A stretch of DNA of 64,000 nt from Geosiphon pyriformis uo1 (taxonomy: Eukaryota > Fungi > Glomeromycota): positions 188,984-252,983 of the forward strand of contig JAAOMT010000074.1 of NCBI GenBank assembly GCA_016748015.1, given 5' to 3'. Positions 24,703 to 36,575 of the stretch are shown here, piece after piece (within the stretch, counting starts at the first letter, position 1; the number at the start of each line of letters is the position of its first letter). Made by a program: the position numbers and the translations under genes. The notes below the pieces were generated by a model. That model was not told where the DNA came from. It searched no databases and saw only the letters and a list, made by a program, of their open reading frames with translations.

Positions 24703-27700
24703 GAGAGCTTTCATAAAGTAAGTACGACAGCCCGTCATGTGCATACTGGTAAAACTGGATGCCAAGTGAGAATCGGGGTGCCACACCATAGAAGACTTAG
24801 ACCAATTGATATCAGCACATAAACTATTATCTACAACACGAGAACCAACTCCAATCTCCCAATGAGCTCAATAAACTGACTGGAAAACATCACGAACAAA
24901 GTGTCTAGAGTTACCAGAAACTGCTGTACCACCAGCACATAGAAAATGTTCACTGACTAAATGAGGTAGACACCAAGCAGAGAGAGCAGCACCTTTGGCA
25001 AGCGTATCAGCATGCTCGTTGCCTGAGATACCTGAATAATCTTTCACTTTAACCCAATTCACATCCAAATTCTTTTGATGAATGACGGTGGCAATGTGAT
25101 GACGCTTGATCCAACAGTGGTTCCTGAAATCTGGACAAACCAGTGAAGACTTTGACCTACATGCATCCAAAGCAGTCTGGCTATCCGAGAACAAGTCAAT
25201 CGAACAAGAAAAAGAAACACACTTAAGGGCCAAAGCTATGGCTTGCAGTTCTGTTAGAGTAGAAAAAACCAAACCAGACACCCCAACACCCAAACCCAAG
25301 TTAATATCCTCAAAAAAAATGGCAGCACCTGCTCTCATGCCAACAGTGCCCAGACCAGAAAGAGATCCATCCGTATACACAGAAAGGTGGGCAGCATCAA
25401 TGGTTGGCAAAGTGTCACGAATTACACCAAAATCATGAGAAAGACAAATATCAGACACAGCATGACCATCCACCAAAGAAAAACTTGAGAAAAAAGGCAC
25501 AATGCTACCAAGAAAGTGAATGGAAAGATTGAACCAGAAAGGAACTGGGCCACAAGGGTCCAGTCTCTTCCAATGCTTGAAGGTCCCCCAACTGAAAACA
25601 TTACCATTATGGTCATGAAGCTGTTCCACGAAAGCAATTCCATAATGCCTGAGCGAAGAGATGCACTTGAAAAAACAGAATTCACCAAAAACCAAAGACA
25701 TAGAAGTACCACACCGATGACGAAAAGCACAAGCTAGAGAGCCTCCCAAAGACAAATCACACCCAGAAAAAATGTGAACCACACCCGCCAAAAAATTATC
25801 TGAGGAACTAATACCAACATGAGCCGGAAACAGCAAGGGATGATGAGAACGCCAGCTGAGAACCTGGAGGTCATGAGACCTATGAGAAAACAAGCGACCC
25901 AAGACACCAGTAGAATTTGCAAAAGCAACAACAGAGGCCGATTTACTCTCAGCCTGGATCTGTTCGAAAGTTTTTAAATTGTACAAAGAGGGGTGATGAA
26001 GTGCATCACTGGGGAAATCACATGGCAATCCAGACTTAGACTTTAAGATCTTGCGTACCAAAGCATCCCATTTATTACAAACACCAACAGAAATGAAACT
26101 GAACTGAGTTCTGTAGCTGATAATAGGAAAAAGAACTGCAGACACCAAATATGCACACTGTTTGTCCGAAATCGCTTTTCTCAAAACAAGATTCACAAAA
26201 AACCGTACATCAGCCTAAGCTTTAGCCAAGCTAGGCTTCGAAAGACCCTCAGAAGACAAAAAAATACCCAAATAGCGATGAGATTCCCCTCTCTTGGCAA
26301 TGGAAATAGGCACACCACTGATAGTTAAATGAGGATCCAGCACCCGGCAATTAATGGGGATGGCCACCGTTTTGTCATTGTTTACAGAAATATTGTTAAA
26401 CCTAAAAAACTCACTAGCAACATCAAGGATGCGTTGTGTAGCAGCCTGGCTGCTACCAATCCAAATAGTATCATCAACAAAAGCACCAGCTGCAAGAAAC
26501 GAAGACAGCTCAGCTTGAGAATCCACCTGGCCGGTTCTTGATATGAAATGAGAATTCAATCTATAGCCATACACACTATCCTGTCTTTTGACTTCGCACA
26601 AAAGTGAATCATAAAAAATATGCCAGAGAAGAGACAAGAAGACTTCTCCCTGATTCAGCCCATTGTGGACACAATACCCATCAGTCAAGCCAAAGTCAGT
26701 CATTACTCTGTTGATGTGACTATTGTGAATACTGCCAAAAAATCTAATAAACCTGTTACACATTTTGATCCTGACTAGACTCCTCTTAAGATGTTCTCAA
26801 CCAACCGAGTCATAAGCCTTGCAGATGTCCTGTAAAACCAGCCAAAGTTCATGGTTCTTTTCCAAGACATCCTCAACCACAGAACTGATAGCAAAAATGG
26901 GAGATTGTGTCATCGTACCCTTCAAAACCAAAAAATTGTCCCCACGAAGAACATCAAAAGTGCTGCAAGCCAGAGAGATCCTATCCGAAAAGATCTTGGA
27001 GAGAATCTTGTGGGCCATTTCAATTAAAGCTATAGAATGGGTGTTTGTGAGAGCACCTTCCCATTCATATGGTTTAGGAATCATCGAAACCCAAGCTTCT
27101 CTCCAAGGCCCAGGGACTGACTCGCCAACCAAACAGAAATTCAAGAGCACCAAAAACATATCCAAAACAGATTTGTCACAATGTTTCCATAATTCATTGG
27201 AGATACCAGAAAAACCAGCCGCTTTTCCATCAGGAAGATCCTTAACAACAGCTGACAACTCATCAAAACTAATCGAACACATGACGTCAGAGAAAGCACC
27301 ATCGAACATGTAATCCAGAGGCCGATATTGACAAGCCCAATCCTCAGACAAGTCAGACACCACTTCATGTTTTCTGGTCCATCCTTCCATAATTTTGTCC
27401 ACCTTAGACTTAACCAAAACAGGCTCTAAAATCAACTCATCATCTACAACCAAATGATCCAGGACCATCTTGCGAAAAGGACACTCCAAAACACTCCTAA
27501 TGGTGTGACTCTTGTTCAGCTCAAAACTCTCCATCCTTTTATCAATAGTCTGCTTGATCGAGGATTCCTCAGCGTGCTTGGATTCCACTAATTTAAAAGA
27601 GCGGTATGATTTTCTTGCTTTGGCCAGCGCAGAACGAATAAGATCAAAATTAGAACCTAAAAGAAACAGAGACTTAACCACTAATGCACCAGAAGAGTTG

Positions 27701-28785
27701 AGTTTGTGCCACACCTCCAACAAAGAAGCAAAACTATCACTAGAAGCCAAACACGAAGCCTTGACTAACTTAGAAACCAGCAGCTCCAGCTTGTGAAACC
27801 TAAAAGAAGTCTTGGTAAACACGTCATCAAAACCTTTGAACCATTTTTTCTTAAATGTACCACCCACTGAAAGAACCATAATCTTGCGAACAATGTCCCA
27901 CATAGCATCCACATCTGAAAATCTTACTGCCACACCAAAAGCATCCGAGAACATAGAGGCATTAGCAGCTAAGGCATTCCTAAACTCCAACCACTTAGCT
28001 TCACTGGCACTATTAACGTCAAACTTCCAACGGTTTTTATTCACTTGCTTGTGAAGAGAAATCAAACGCGTATCCAAGAGCCCGTCCAAACCCAAATCCA
28101 CTGAAACAGCTTGATGGTCCATGTCAAAATGCTCACTGACATTCAAAACTTCATGATGCACTATTGCATTAACAAGACTCAAGGAGACAAACACGTAATC
28201 AATTGTTTTCTTAACACCTCTAGAATTTTCCCAAGTGGGCATTTTTGCAGCCAAGCTATCAACTAAAGAATTGACTAGACCCAAATCAAAGCATCTTTTG
28301 AAACTTGCACTTTTATGAGAGCTGTTTTCATTAAAATCGCCACCGAGAATGATGAAAAAAGATTCGTTGACAGCCTTCACAATGAGAGAATTAATTTTAC
28401 CAGCCTGAGAGAACCAAACCACCGAAGAAGCACCAGCATAAAGCCCCAAAATTGACACAGACAGTTTGCCTTTGAAAAGTAATTTAATGGAAAGGAGCCA
28501 ACTAAGCACCTCAGAAACTTTGCACACATGACGAGCCAAAAAAATGTCCATGATAACAGCAATACTCGCACCCAAGTGACCAGAGTCCAAACCAGAAGAA
28601 AACATTCGGACACCATCAAACTTGTCTGCAATCCATGGACAAATCCTACTTTTTAATTTCGTTTCAGTAACGATAGAGACCAAATTGTTCATTTCCTTAT
28701 GCCACCTAATAATGTCCTCTTGCTTAGCAGAATTGTTTATGCTCCTGATGTTGCACATAGTAACTTTCCAAACTAAACTGCTCAT
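24703..28785 (-). pseudogene. LINE-2 ORF2 (APE-RT-RNase H), few stops
   Basis: VTETKL, GGDFN, TIDYVF and SEHFDMDH (APE); LQDICKAYDSV, QGEVF, AFVDD and YLGIFL (RT); YTDGS, ELQAI, FSDSQ and GNEHAD (RNase H). Confidence 0.93.
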
Positions 28786-30575
28786 TGAGTGAGAGGTAGA
28801 GACACTGAAAGCACACCTATACTATCTACTTTGGCTGAAAGGCCCAGAACCATCTCCATTAGACACTTCATGCTGTCTTCCAGCTTAGACACCGAAGACA
28901 TATCAAAAGACATCACTCCCACAAAATTCCCACCACCAGTGGACACACCTGAACCCTCACTTATCACTACATCCACCCCTTGATCCTGTGATGAAGGGAT
29001 CACCAACAGCTGACATCCAGAGCTAGGCTGGAGAACCATTGGCCCAAGTGCATCCAACCTCTTAGCCAGCTTACCAACTTGCTCTGCAAGGCTGGCGAGA
29101 CTGCACTCAAGAGCGGCGAACTTATTGTTGACTTCTATCACAACTGGTTGGGACGGCTTTATCTCCGAAGAGGAGCCATCATTCACCACAACGTTTTGAC
29201 CAGAGAGAGAAGGCGAAAAAGACCTGCGAGCAACCTCTGCCCAAGAGAGACCACCAAAAGAGACTGGATGGGCAACTGGAGCCAAGCGTTTGACATAGAT
29301 GGTAGCTAGCCTGCTTTTATCCATATCTGAGAAAACTCTACGCAGCGACCTACTAGAAGATAATTTCCCACCAACCGTACAACCCAATAACATGTGACCC
29401 AATTTCTCACACTTGGCGCATTTAACAAAAATGAGGCAAGACCAGCAGAGATTGGTGTTTCTGAGTACTGGCGTGGTTCCCACAGCAGCATCCAATGATT
29501 CAGCAGAGTCGAAACAAACAACAGCACACCTGGCCCAAGCATATGTAACAGAATGACAATCAATGACGCACGTTTTCCCACCCACAGATCTAACAAAGTC
29601 TCAGATATCATGAGTGTTGGTCCCCATCGACAATGTATATAGCAGTGCCTTATGTTGGTCCCTTATATCCCATGCTTTCTTATCTGAATCAGCCCTAGCC
29701 ACATGTACAGCATCTTTCCCAATTAAGATGGACCACTCAGCTGCGACCAAATCAGCCTGATCCGATCATTCGAATTTTACCATCGCCTTCTGCCACAGTC
29801 CGATTAACTGCATCTTGATTGTCTTAATAACTCCAAACTCGGAAAGCGCAGCATGCACAGCCTCAGCCGATGTTTCAATTGGAATTTCTTTCATGACCAC
29901 AGCCCAATCTGATCGTCCAGATGACCTCTTAAGATCGGTGTTTATCATAATATTCACACCAGTAGCCTTTTCAGTGGCCTTTATTAGACCCGATTTGGAA
30001 GTGAAAGTTGCTCTGATGATCCCTGAGAATTTTGAGGGGGTAGATGTCCCCCCAAAACCATTAATTCCAGAAAATAATTTTCTCACTACCACAAGCTTTT
30101 CCTGAGAAGATTTGCCAGCCACTTTATCCAAGCCAATATTCAATGCAAATGACTTCCTGACTGGAACATTGACCAAATTTTTCATAGAAGGAGGGAGCTC
30201 AAGAGGAGCATCTGAGAGAACACCATCATCACTACCATCTTTTAAGAAGTCAATCTTTCTCAACGGCTTGCCCAATGTCTTTTTGGTTCTAACCTTTGAA
30301 CTTGTGGGCATCTGATCATAATTTCCACCAGCCAGAGCTCCACCTTCACCATAATCAAAATTGGTTTCTTCCACCAAACACTCCTCTTCCATATCAACAC
30401 TTTCAGACTCAGTAGTGTCCCCAGTCTCTGAACCCCATGAACAAACTCCAGGAACTCCAGCAGCAACCCCTCCATTATCAACACCCTCTGCCAACACACC
30501 TCCCTTCCTCTTCTTCCTTGATGCAACCACCTTAAAACCACTCTCAGAACCAGAAACTTTAGCAGTTTTTTTCAT
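28782..30575 (-). pseudogene. LINE-2 ORF1
   Basis: Starts MKKTAKVSG; RRM-like segment; knuckle CAKCEKLGHMLLGC; coiled-coil-like C-terminus. One internal stop at 29766. Confidence 0.85.
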
Positions 30576-33500
30576 AACAGCAATAACAGAGCCAACAATG
30601 GTCTTATAATCGAAGAACGGTTTTGATTTATTGTACTGAATGGTAAAAAACTTCTTTTGAAAAAACTTTTGACTCTTTTTTGGGAATTTTGGACAAAGGA
30701 AAGAAAGAAGTTTTTTTTTACTTAATTATTTTGTTTAAATTTATTTTAATATTATTTTTTTTAATAATATATTCCAAAAATTTGAGTTCTGTTTTTTTAA
30801 AAAAATATTTATTAGTATTAAATTTTAATTATATATGTTTAAATTATCTAAATATTTATTATAAATAATACAAATATTTATTAAAAGTTTTGTAAAATAT
30901 ATTAATATTTTTTAAATAAATAATCATTAAAAAATAATTGATATATTAATTAAGTTAAATAGTATAATATTAAACTTAAAATTTATTATTATTATTGTAA
31001 TAGTTGTTTTTTTATTAATAATTACTTATTAATAATTATTATTTAAATCAAGTATTAAAAACTATTTTTTTTTAAAGTATTAATTAATTTTTGAATATAT
31101 GAAATTAAATAATTATTATTATAAATAATAAGTTTTTTATAATTTATACAAAAACAGATTTTTCTATTTTTTTTGTATTAATACTATTAATAATATATTA
31201 ATTTATTGTTTAATATTTTGTTAAATAAGTTTATAATTTGTTAATAATACTTAATAAATTTTTTGTTTTATTAACATTTTTTTTTTTAATTAATGAATAA
31301 AGTCCAAACATAGCTTAGTATAATACATTAAATAATTAATCTAAACTAGGTGTAAATTATGTATTTTTCTATATGTGACCAGTCATTTAGGCCAATCAAA
31401 ACAACACTAAACATCTATATAAACAGAGACAGAATTTCCAATACTTGAAAGAAATAAATGTAATTACAAAACTCAAAGACAACACCAAACACTTCATTAA
31501 TACCTAAAAATCTTACCATACCAGTAGAAAATGATAAAAACAACCCAGAAACCAACCTTGGAATCGAACTATCAAATAGTATTAGCCTATTTTTTTCCAT
31601 AAAAGTCTAATGCTTAGCATAAACTACTTATATTTCCTTCCTAAAAACAAGACAAAAAACATGTACAAATTCCACAATTTTCTGACTTGCAATTTTGGTA
31701 TTCTTGAAAACAGATGTGGCATCTTGAAGCCAATCTTTAAAGACAAAGTCTTTGCAAAAAGCTGTGCATACTGCAGTATTTGAGACACAGGAGGACAATA
31801 ACTGAAACACACATAAAAAAAGAAAAAACAAACCAAAAAACACACACCAAACAGCTATATGGACATCCAATAAATGGCAATGAACAGAATCATTGACTAT
31901 GCAAAAAAAAGCATGATCTGAAACCTTAGTCTCATTACAATACAAACACAATACACTGGGATAACTCTTGTTATAAAGATGTTTATAAACAGCAACTGGT
32001 AATTAATGATGCAAAGCTTTTATGAAGTATGTTTGAACACTAGTAGTAAGCCTATTAGTAAAACTAGTAGCCATATGTAAATCAGAATGTCAGACTAAAG
32101 ATAAGCAAGGCCAATCAACATCCAAGTACAAACTACTATCCAAGACCTCAGACCCAAAACTAGTCTCCCATCATGAATGATGAATGGACCGAAAGCTTCC
32201 ATAAACAAAATGTTTAGAATTATCAGAACAACACTACCATTAACCAAAATACAATATTTTTTCAAAATGAGAGGAAGATGCCAAAGAGAAAGAAAAGTAG
32301 TGTTAGCATATTCATTACCCAAAATACCTAAATGACTTTTAACTTTGTACCAACTAATATTCAAATTTTTCTTCCTAATAATGTTCACAATGTGCTGATG
32401 CTCTACTCAATACTGATTCCAAAAATCTGTATATACCAGCTCCAATTCCGATTTACAAGCATTCAAGACAGTCTAACAGTCCATAAAAAGACAAATTGAG
32501 CTAAAAGAAAGAACACACTCAAGAGCCAATACAATAGTCTGTAGCTCTGCCAAAGTAGAAAACAACAAACCAGAAACCTTAATCCCCAAACCCAAATTCA
32601 CATCTTCAAAAAAACTGCTGCACCAGCCTTTACACTAGCACTCCTTAAGCTCACCAAAGATCTATTCATATAAACAGAAAGGCTATTAGCCACAACATCT
32701 AACAAACTATTACCAACACACCTGAACTTACTAGACTCCAAAACACTCAAAGATTTAAAAACATCCAAAAAAAAAGGACCAGTAGGAGAAAAAGCTATTA
32801 AATTCAGAAAATTAACAGAAAGCCTAAACCAATCGGAAATAAGACTATATAGGTCCAGTTTTTTTCAGTGCTTAAAATTTTTCCAATCAAAAACAACACC
32901 CTTTTAATTACAAAGCTGTTTCACAAAAGCTATACTATAATGCTAAAATGAAAAAAGAAATCTAAAGAATTCAAATTCACCAAGAACAGACAACATAGAA
33001 GTTCTATTTCGAAAATAAAAAAAATTGACCATTGGACCATTTAAGAACAACTTGTACCCAAGAAAAATACGAACCACACCTGCCAAAAAATTATTAAATG
33101 GATTGACCCTAATACAAGCCAGAGAACTCAAAGAGTAAAGCAGACATCAACTTAGAGCCTATAAGTCGAGAAACCTGTGTAAAAACAAACAACTCAATAT
33201 TCTAACAGAGTTTGCAAAACACATAACAGAAGTCACCTTGCTTTTAGTCTGTACTTGTTCGAAAGTTTTTAAATCATACAATGAAAGATGATAAAGTGCA
33301 TTACTAGAAAAGTTGAGAGGCAGATTATATCTCAATTTCAAGCCCTTGCTAATCAAAGCATTCCACTTTTCACACATTCCAGCAAGGACAAACCTGAATT
33401 GCATTCTGTAACTAACAACAAGATAAAAAACAGCTGACACCAAATAAGAAAATTGTTTATCTGAAATGGTTTTCCTTAGAATAAAATTGACAAAAACTTA

Positions 33501-33632
33501 ATATCTGAATGTGCTTTAGTCAAACTAGGTTTTAACAAACTCTTAGTAAACAAAAAAATACCCAAGTAATAATGAGATTCTTCTTTCTTGGTAATGAAAA
33601 TAAGTAGGCTACTGATCAATAAAGAAGGATGT

Positions 33633-34434
33633 TGTTACAGATAATTATTTGGGGTCTCAAGTCAAATAACAAACCCATAACTTGGTGCTTGAAAGCTATT
33701 CATGTTGATGATAATGATTTGAAGATTTTAGTGTTCTAAAAGTTTTCTAAATAAGTCTTTTGTATAATGAACAGAGATTCAGTAGTGTTAATATTTGCAA
33801 TTTTGTTTCAGTTGTTTTTCAATTTCTTTCTCAGCTTGGTGACTGGATTTATTCTGGCAGTTGTGCCCTTCTGGTAAGCTATCTGTTAATATATATATTA
33901 TTACCCTTATTTCTGGGTCTTTTACCAGACTATCCGTGATGTCAATAACTCAGTGCTTTAATTCTCAATTAATTAGTATACAACAATAAAATCAAAGAAA
34001 AGAAAATAAAGAGAGAAAAGAAAATTAAAAGAAATAAAAAAATACCCAAGGCAATGCACAAATTAGTATTCTGTCAATAGCTGTAATCAAGAGCTATTGT
34101 TCCAGTATAGTTAAGTATCAATGTTTATCAACATGAAGTGTTGATAGTGAAGAATGAATTGTGATAACAAATAGTTATTTATTGATAATTATGATTTTGG
34201 AAGGTTGCTTAGATTAAATCTAAACTGGAAGGTCTGTTTTTTCAATTTTTAACACTACTGCCATATATACATAATTGAGATTTCTCAATTCCTCAATTCT
34301 TCATGACAGAAATTCTGGAATTCTGGAATCCTGCAATTCCTGAAAAGAATCCTGGAATTCCACATTTACTATGTCTACTTCTGATTGGCTAATAACTATG
34401 CTAAAATATCTTTTCTATATTTCTATGAGTAACA
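33633..34434 (-). repeat. 3' LTR of element C
   Basis: TGTTAC...GTAACA, homologous to 42619-43458. Confidence 0.95.
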
Positions 34435-34447
34435 TTATTTCCTTCTT

Positions 34448-35107
34448 TTAATATTGAGCTCTATCAAAATCTAACTCTGTTAATTCCTCTTCTTAAAGTA
34501 TTTTCTGAATATCATTTTTGAGAATTACTTGTGTTATTTGAATTTGTAATTCTTTAAATTGAGCATTGGTGATCTTTCCCAATTAATTACTAGTAACCAT
34601 ATCTATTGCTTTGTTAAGTAAGATTTCTGGTCAATTTTGGAATGCTGTATGTATTCGGTATATGGCTTGGGCCTGTGTGGACAAGTTGTTCTTCTCCACA
34701 AAATGTTCTAATTGTTGTAGTTTTCTTGTATCAAATAATTGCTTTGTTTTATCTGTATATAGATTCTGGATATTCATGTGTTGTCCCAAGTAAAAATAAC
34801 AATAGTTTCTTGAAAATTGTTGTATCCATCAATTCCAAGTTTCTTTAGTCAACTTTTGGTATAGTGACTTTTTTGTCAACTCTTTTATTGTCAATTTTAC
34901 TTTTACAATGATTTTGTCATTGGTATTTTCTATTTTTTTTTGTGTTCTGTGTTGTGCTGTCTTTTTAGTGTTTTAATATCGGATGGTTTGTTGATTAATT
35001 GTAATTTCCATCTCTTGGTGTTGAATCAATTGAAAGAGTTGTTGTGCTAATGAGTAGATGTTGTTTGTAATTTCCATTTTTTTGATATTTTCTGTTGCAT
35101 CTACCAT
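34448..35107 (-). pseudogene. Element C ORF3
   Basis: MVDATENIKK..LDFDRAQY*; same 660-nt length as in copy D. Confidence 0.72.
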
Positions 35108-35131
35108 GTCTTTATATATTCTTTTGCTGAA

Positions 35132-36514
35132 TTAATTTAACATGTTGTTGTCAATAATAATAATTGATTCCAGATCTCGTGGAATCTCATCTGGTTGGAC
35201 TAGTATTCTTTGTATTCCTAATTGTGGAATATTACTGGTGGATGATAGTGTGATGTTGTAGTATAATTTCAGTCAATTTCCATGTGCTGCTTTGGTTAAG
35301 ATTTTGTTATCCAGTCTTAATTTGTAAGCTCTATTTCTAAGAATTTTTTCTATGTGAAATGGTCCATCCTATTTGGGGTTGAATTTTCTACTCCATTGTT
35401 TTTCTGCTTTGGTACGATGTAAGAGTACTTTGTCTCCAATCTTGAATTTAACTGGTTTGTCTGATAGTTGATTATCATGTCTTTCTTTCTGTTTTTCTTG
35501 TGACTTTTGTATGTTATCAGCTGCTCTTCTTTGTTTGTTTTCTAATGTTTCCATTAAGTCATATGTTCTTCTTAACAATGTTTTTTGGAAATTCTCTTCT
35601 GTTATTGGTTCAGTTAGATATGTATTAACCTCTATCTCAACTGGTAATGTTGCTGTTCTACTGTATATCAATTCAAATAGTGTTGCTTGTGTGGTGTCTT
35701 GCTTCATTGTCTGATAAGCAAATAATACTGATAGTATGAACAAATCCCATTTGTCTTGGTTTTTTTGGCTGAGTTTCACTATTGCTTCACACAATGTTCT
35801 ATTAAATCTTTTAACTAATCCATTGGTTTGTGAATGGTATAGTAATGATAGTGGTCTCTTAATTCCGAATCTTTGGCTTAGTTCTGCTAATGTTTTATTC
35901 ACAAAATAGGTTTCTTGGTTTGATAATAATTCTTTTGGACATCTATGTTGACAAATTAGATCTTGATGGACAAATTCGGCAATGGATTCTGTATCCACTT
36001 TTTGAATTGCTTTTGCTTCTGGCCATTTAGTAAAATAGTCCATGACTACTGCAATATATCTGTTGTCTCTGCTGGTAATTGTCAATGGTCCAACTAAATT
36101 GATTTCAATGTGGTCAAATGGTTGTTCTATTTTGATTGGTCTTAATGGTTTGCTGGGTTTTGTTTCTCCTCTTCTTTGACAAGCATCACAATTTTGCACA
36201 TATTGGATGATGTCTGGATACATTGATGGCTAATAGTATCTCTTTCTGGTTCTTTTCATGGTTGTTTTTTTATAAAAATGTCCTGCAGTTGGATCTGAAT
36301 ACATGTTGAACAGTATTGTCTCTTTTTCTGATTCTGTAATTACTCTGGTTGGTTGATCTGAATCTTTTTTATTTTTCTGATAAAGTATATTTTGGTGAGT
36401 GATAAAATATTTGGATTGTTGGTTGATCCTCTTTTGTTCTGGTTGAGATAATTTCTCTTTGCACTGTTAAGTATTTATATAATGTTGAAGTTGTTGATAT
36501 TTTTGTGTATTTAT
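35132..36514 (-). pseudogene. Element C integrase ORF (start decayed to ATA; DDE mutated)
   Basis: 284-aa open core; same 1383-nt span as in A and D; EINL, SNQET and VKRF at the catalytic positions. Confidence 0.88.
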
Positions 36515-36575
36515 CTTTTGTTATATTTATGTGAACATTGTTTTGGTTTTGTTATATTTTTGGGTTGAAATGTTC

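Larger units (their letters stand above)
24071..30720 (-). mobile_element. LINE copy 2, full length and uninterrupted; the best preserved LINE here (3' part lies in the assembly gap)
   Basis: T-run 24071-24094 as poly(A) tail; candidate TSD CTTAATTATTTT at 24063-24074 and 30721-30732; long ORF2 fragments of 662, 182 and 442 aa. Confidence 0.92.

Noticed and set aside
24064-24789. Two long ORFs full of X
   Set aside because: Artefacts of the N gap and the poly(A) tail.
19259-30609. Many plus-strand ORFs antisense to LINE ORF1/ORF2
   Set aside because: Shadow frames of the minus-strand coding sequence with no recognisable motifs.
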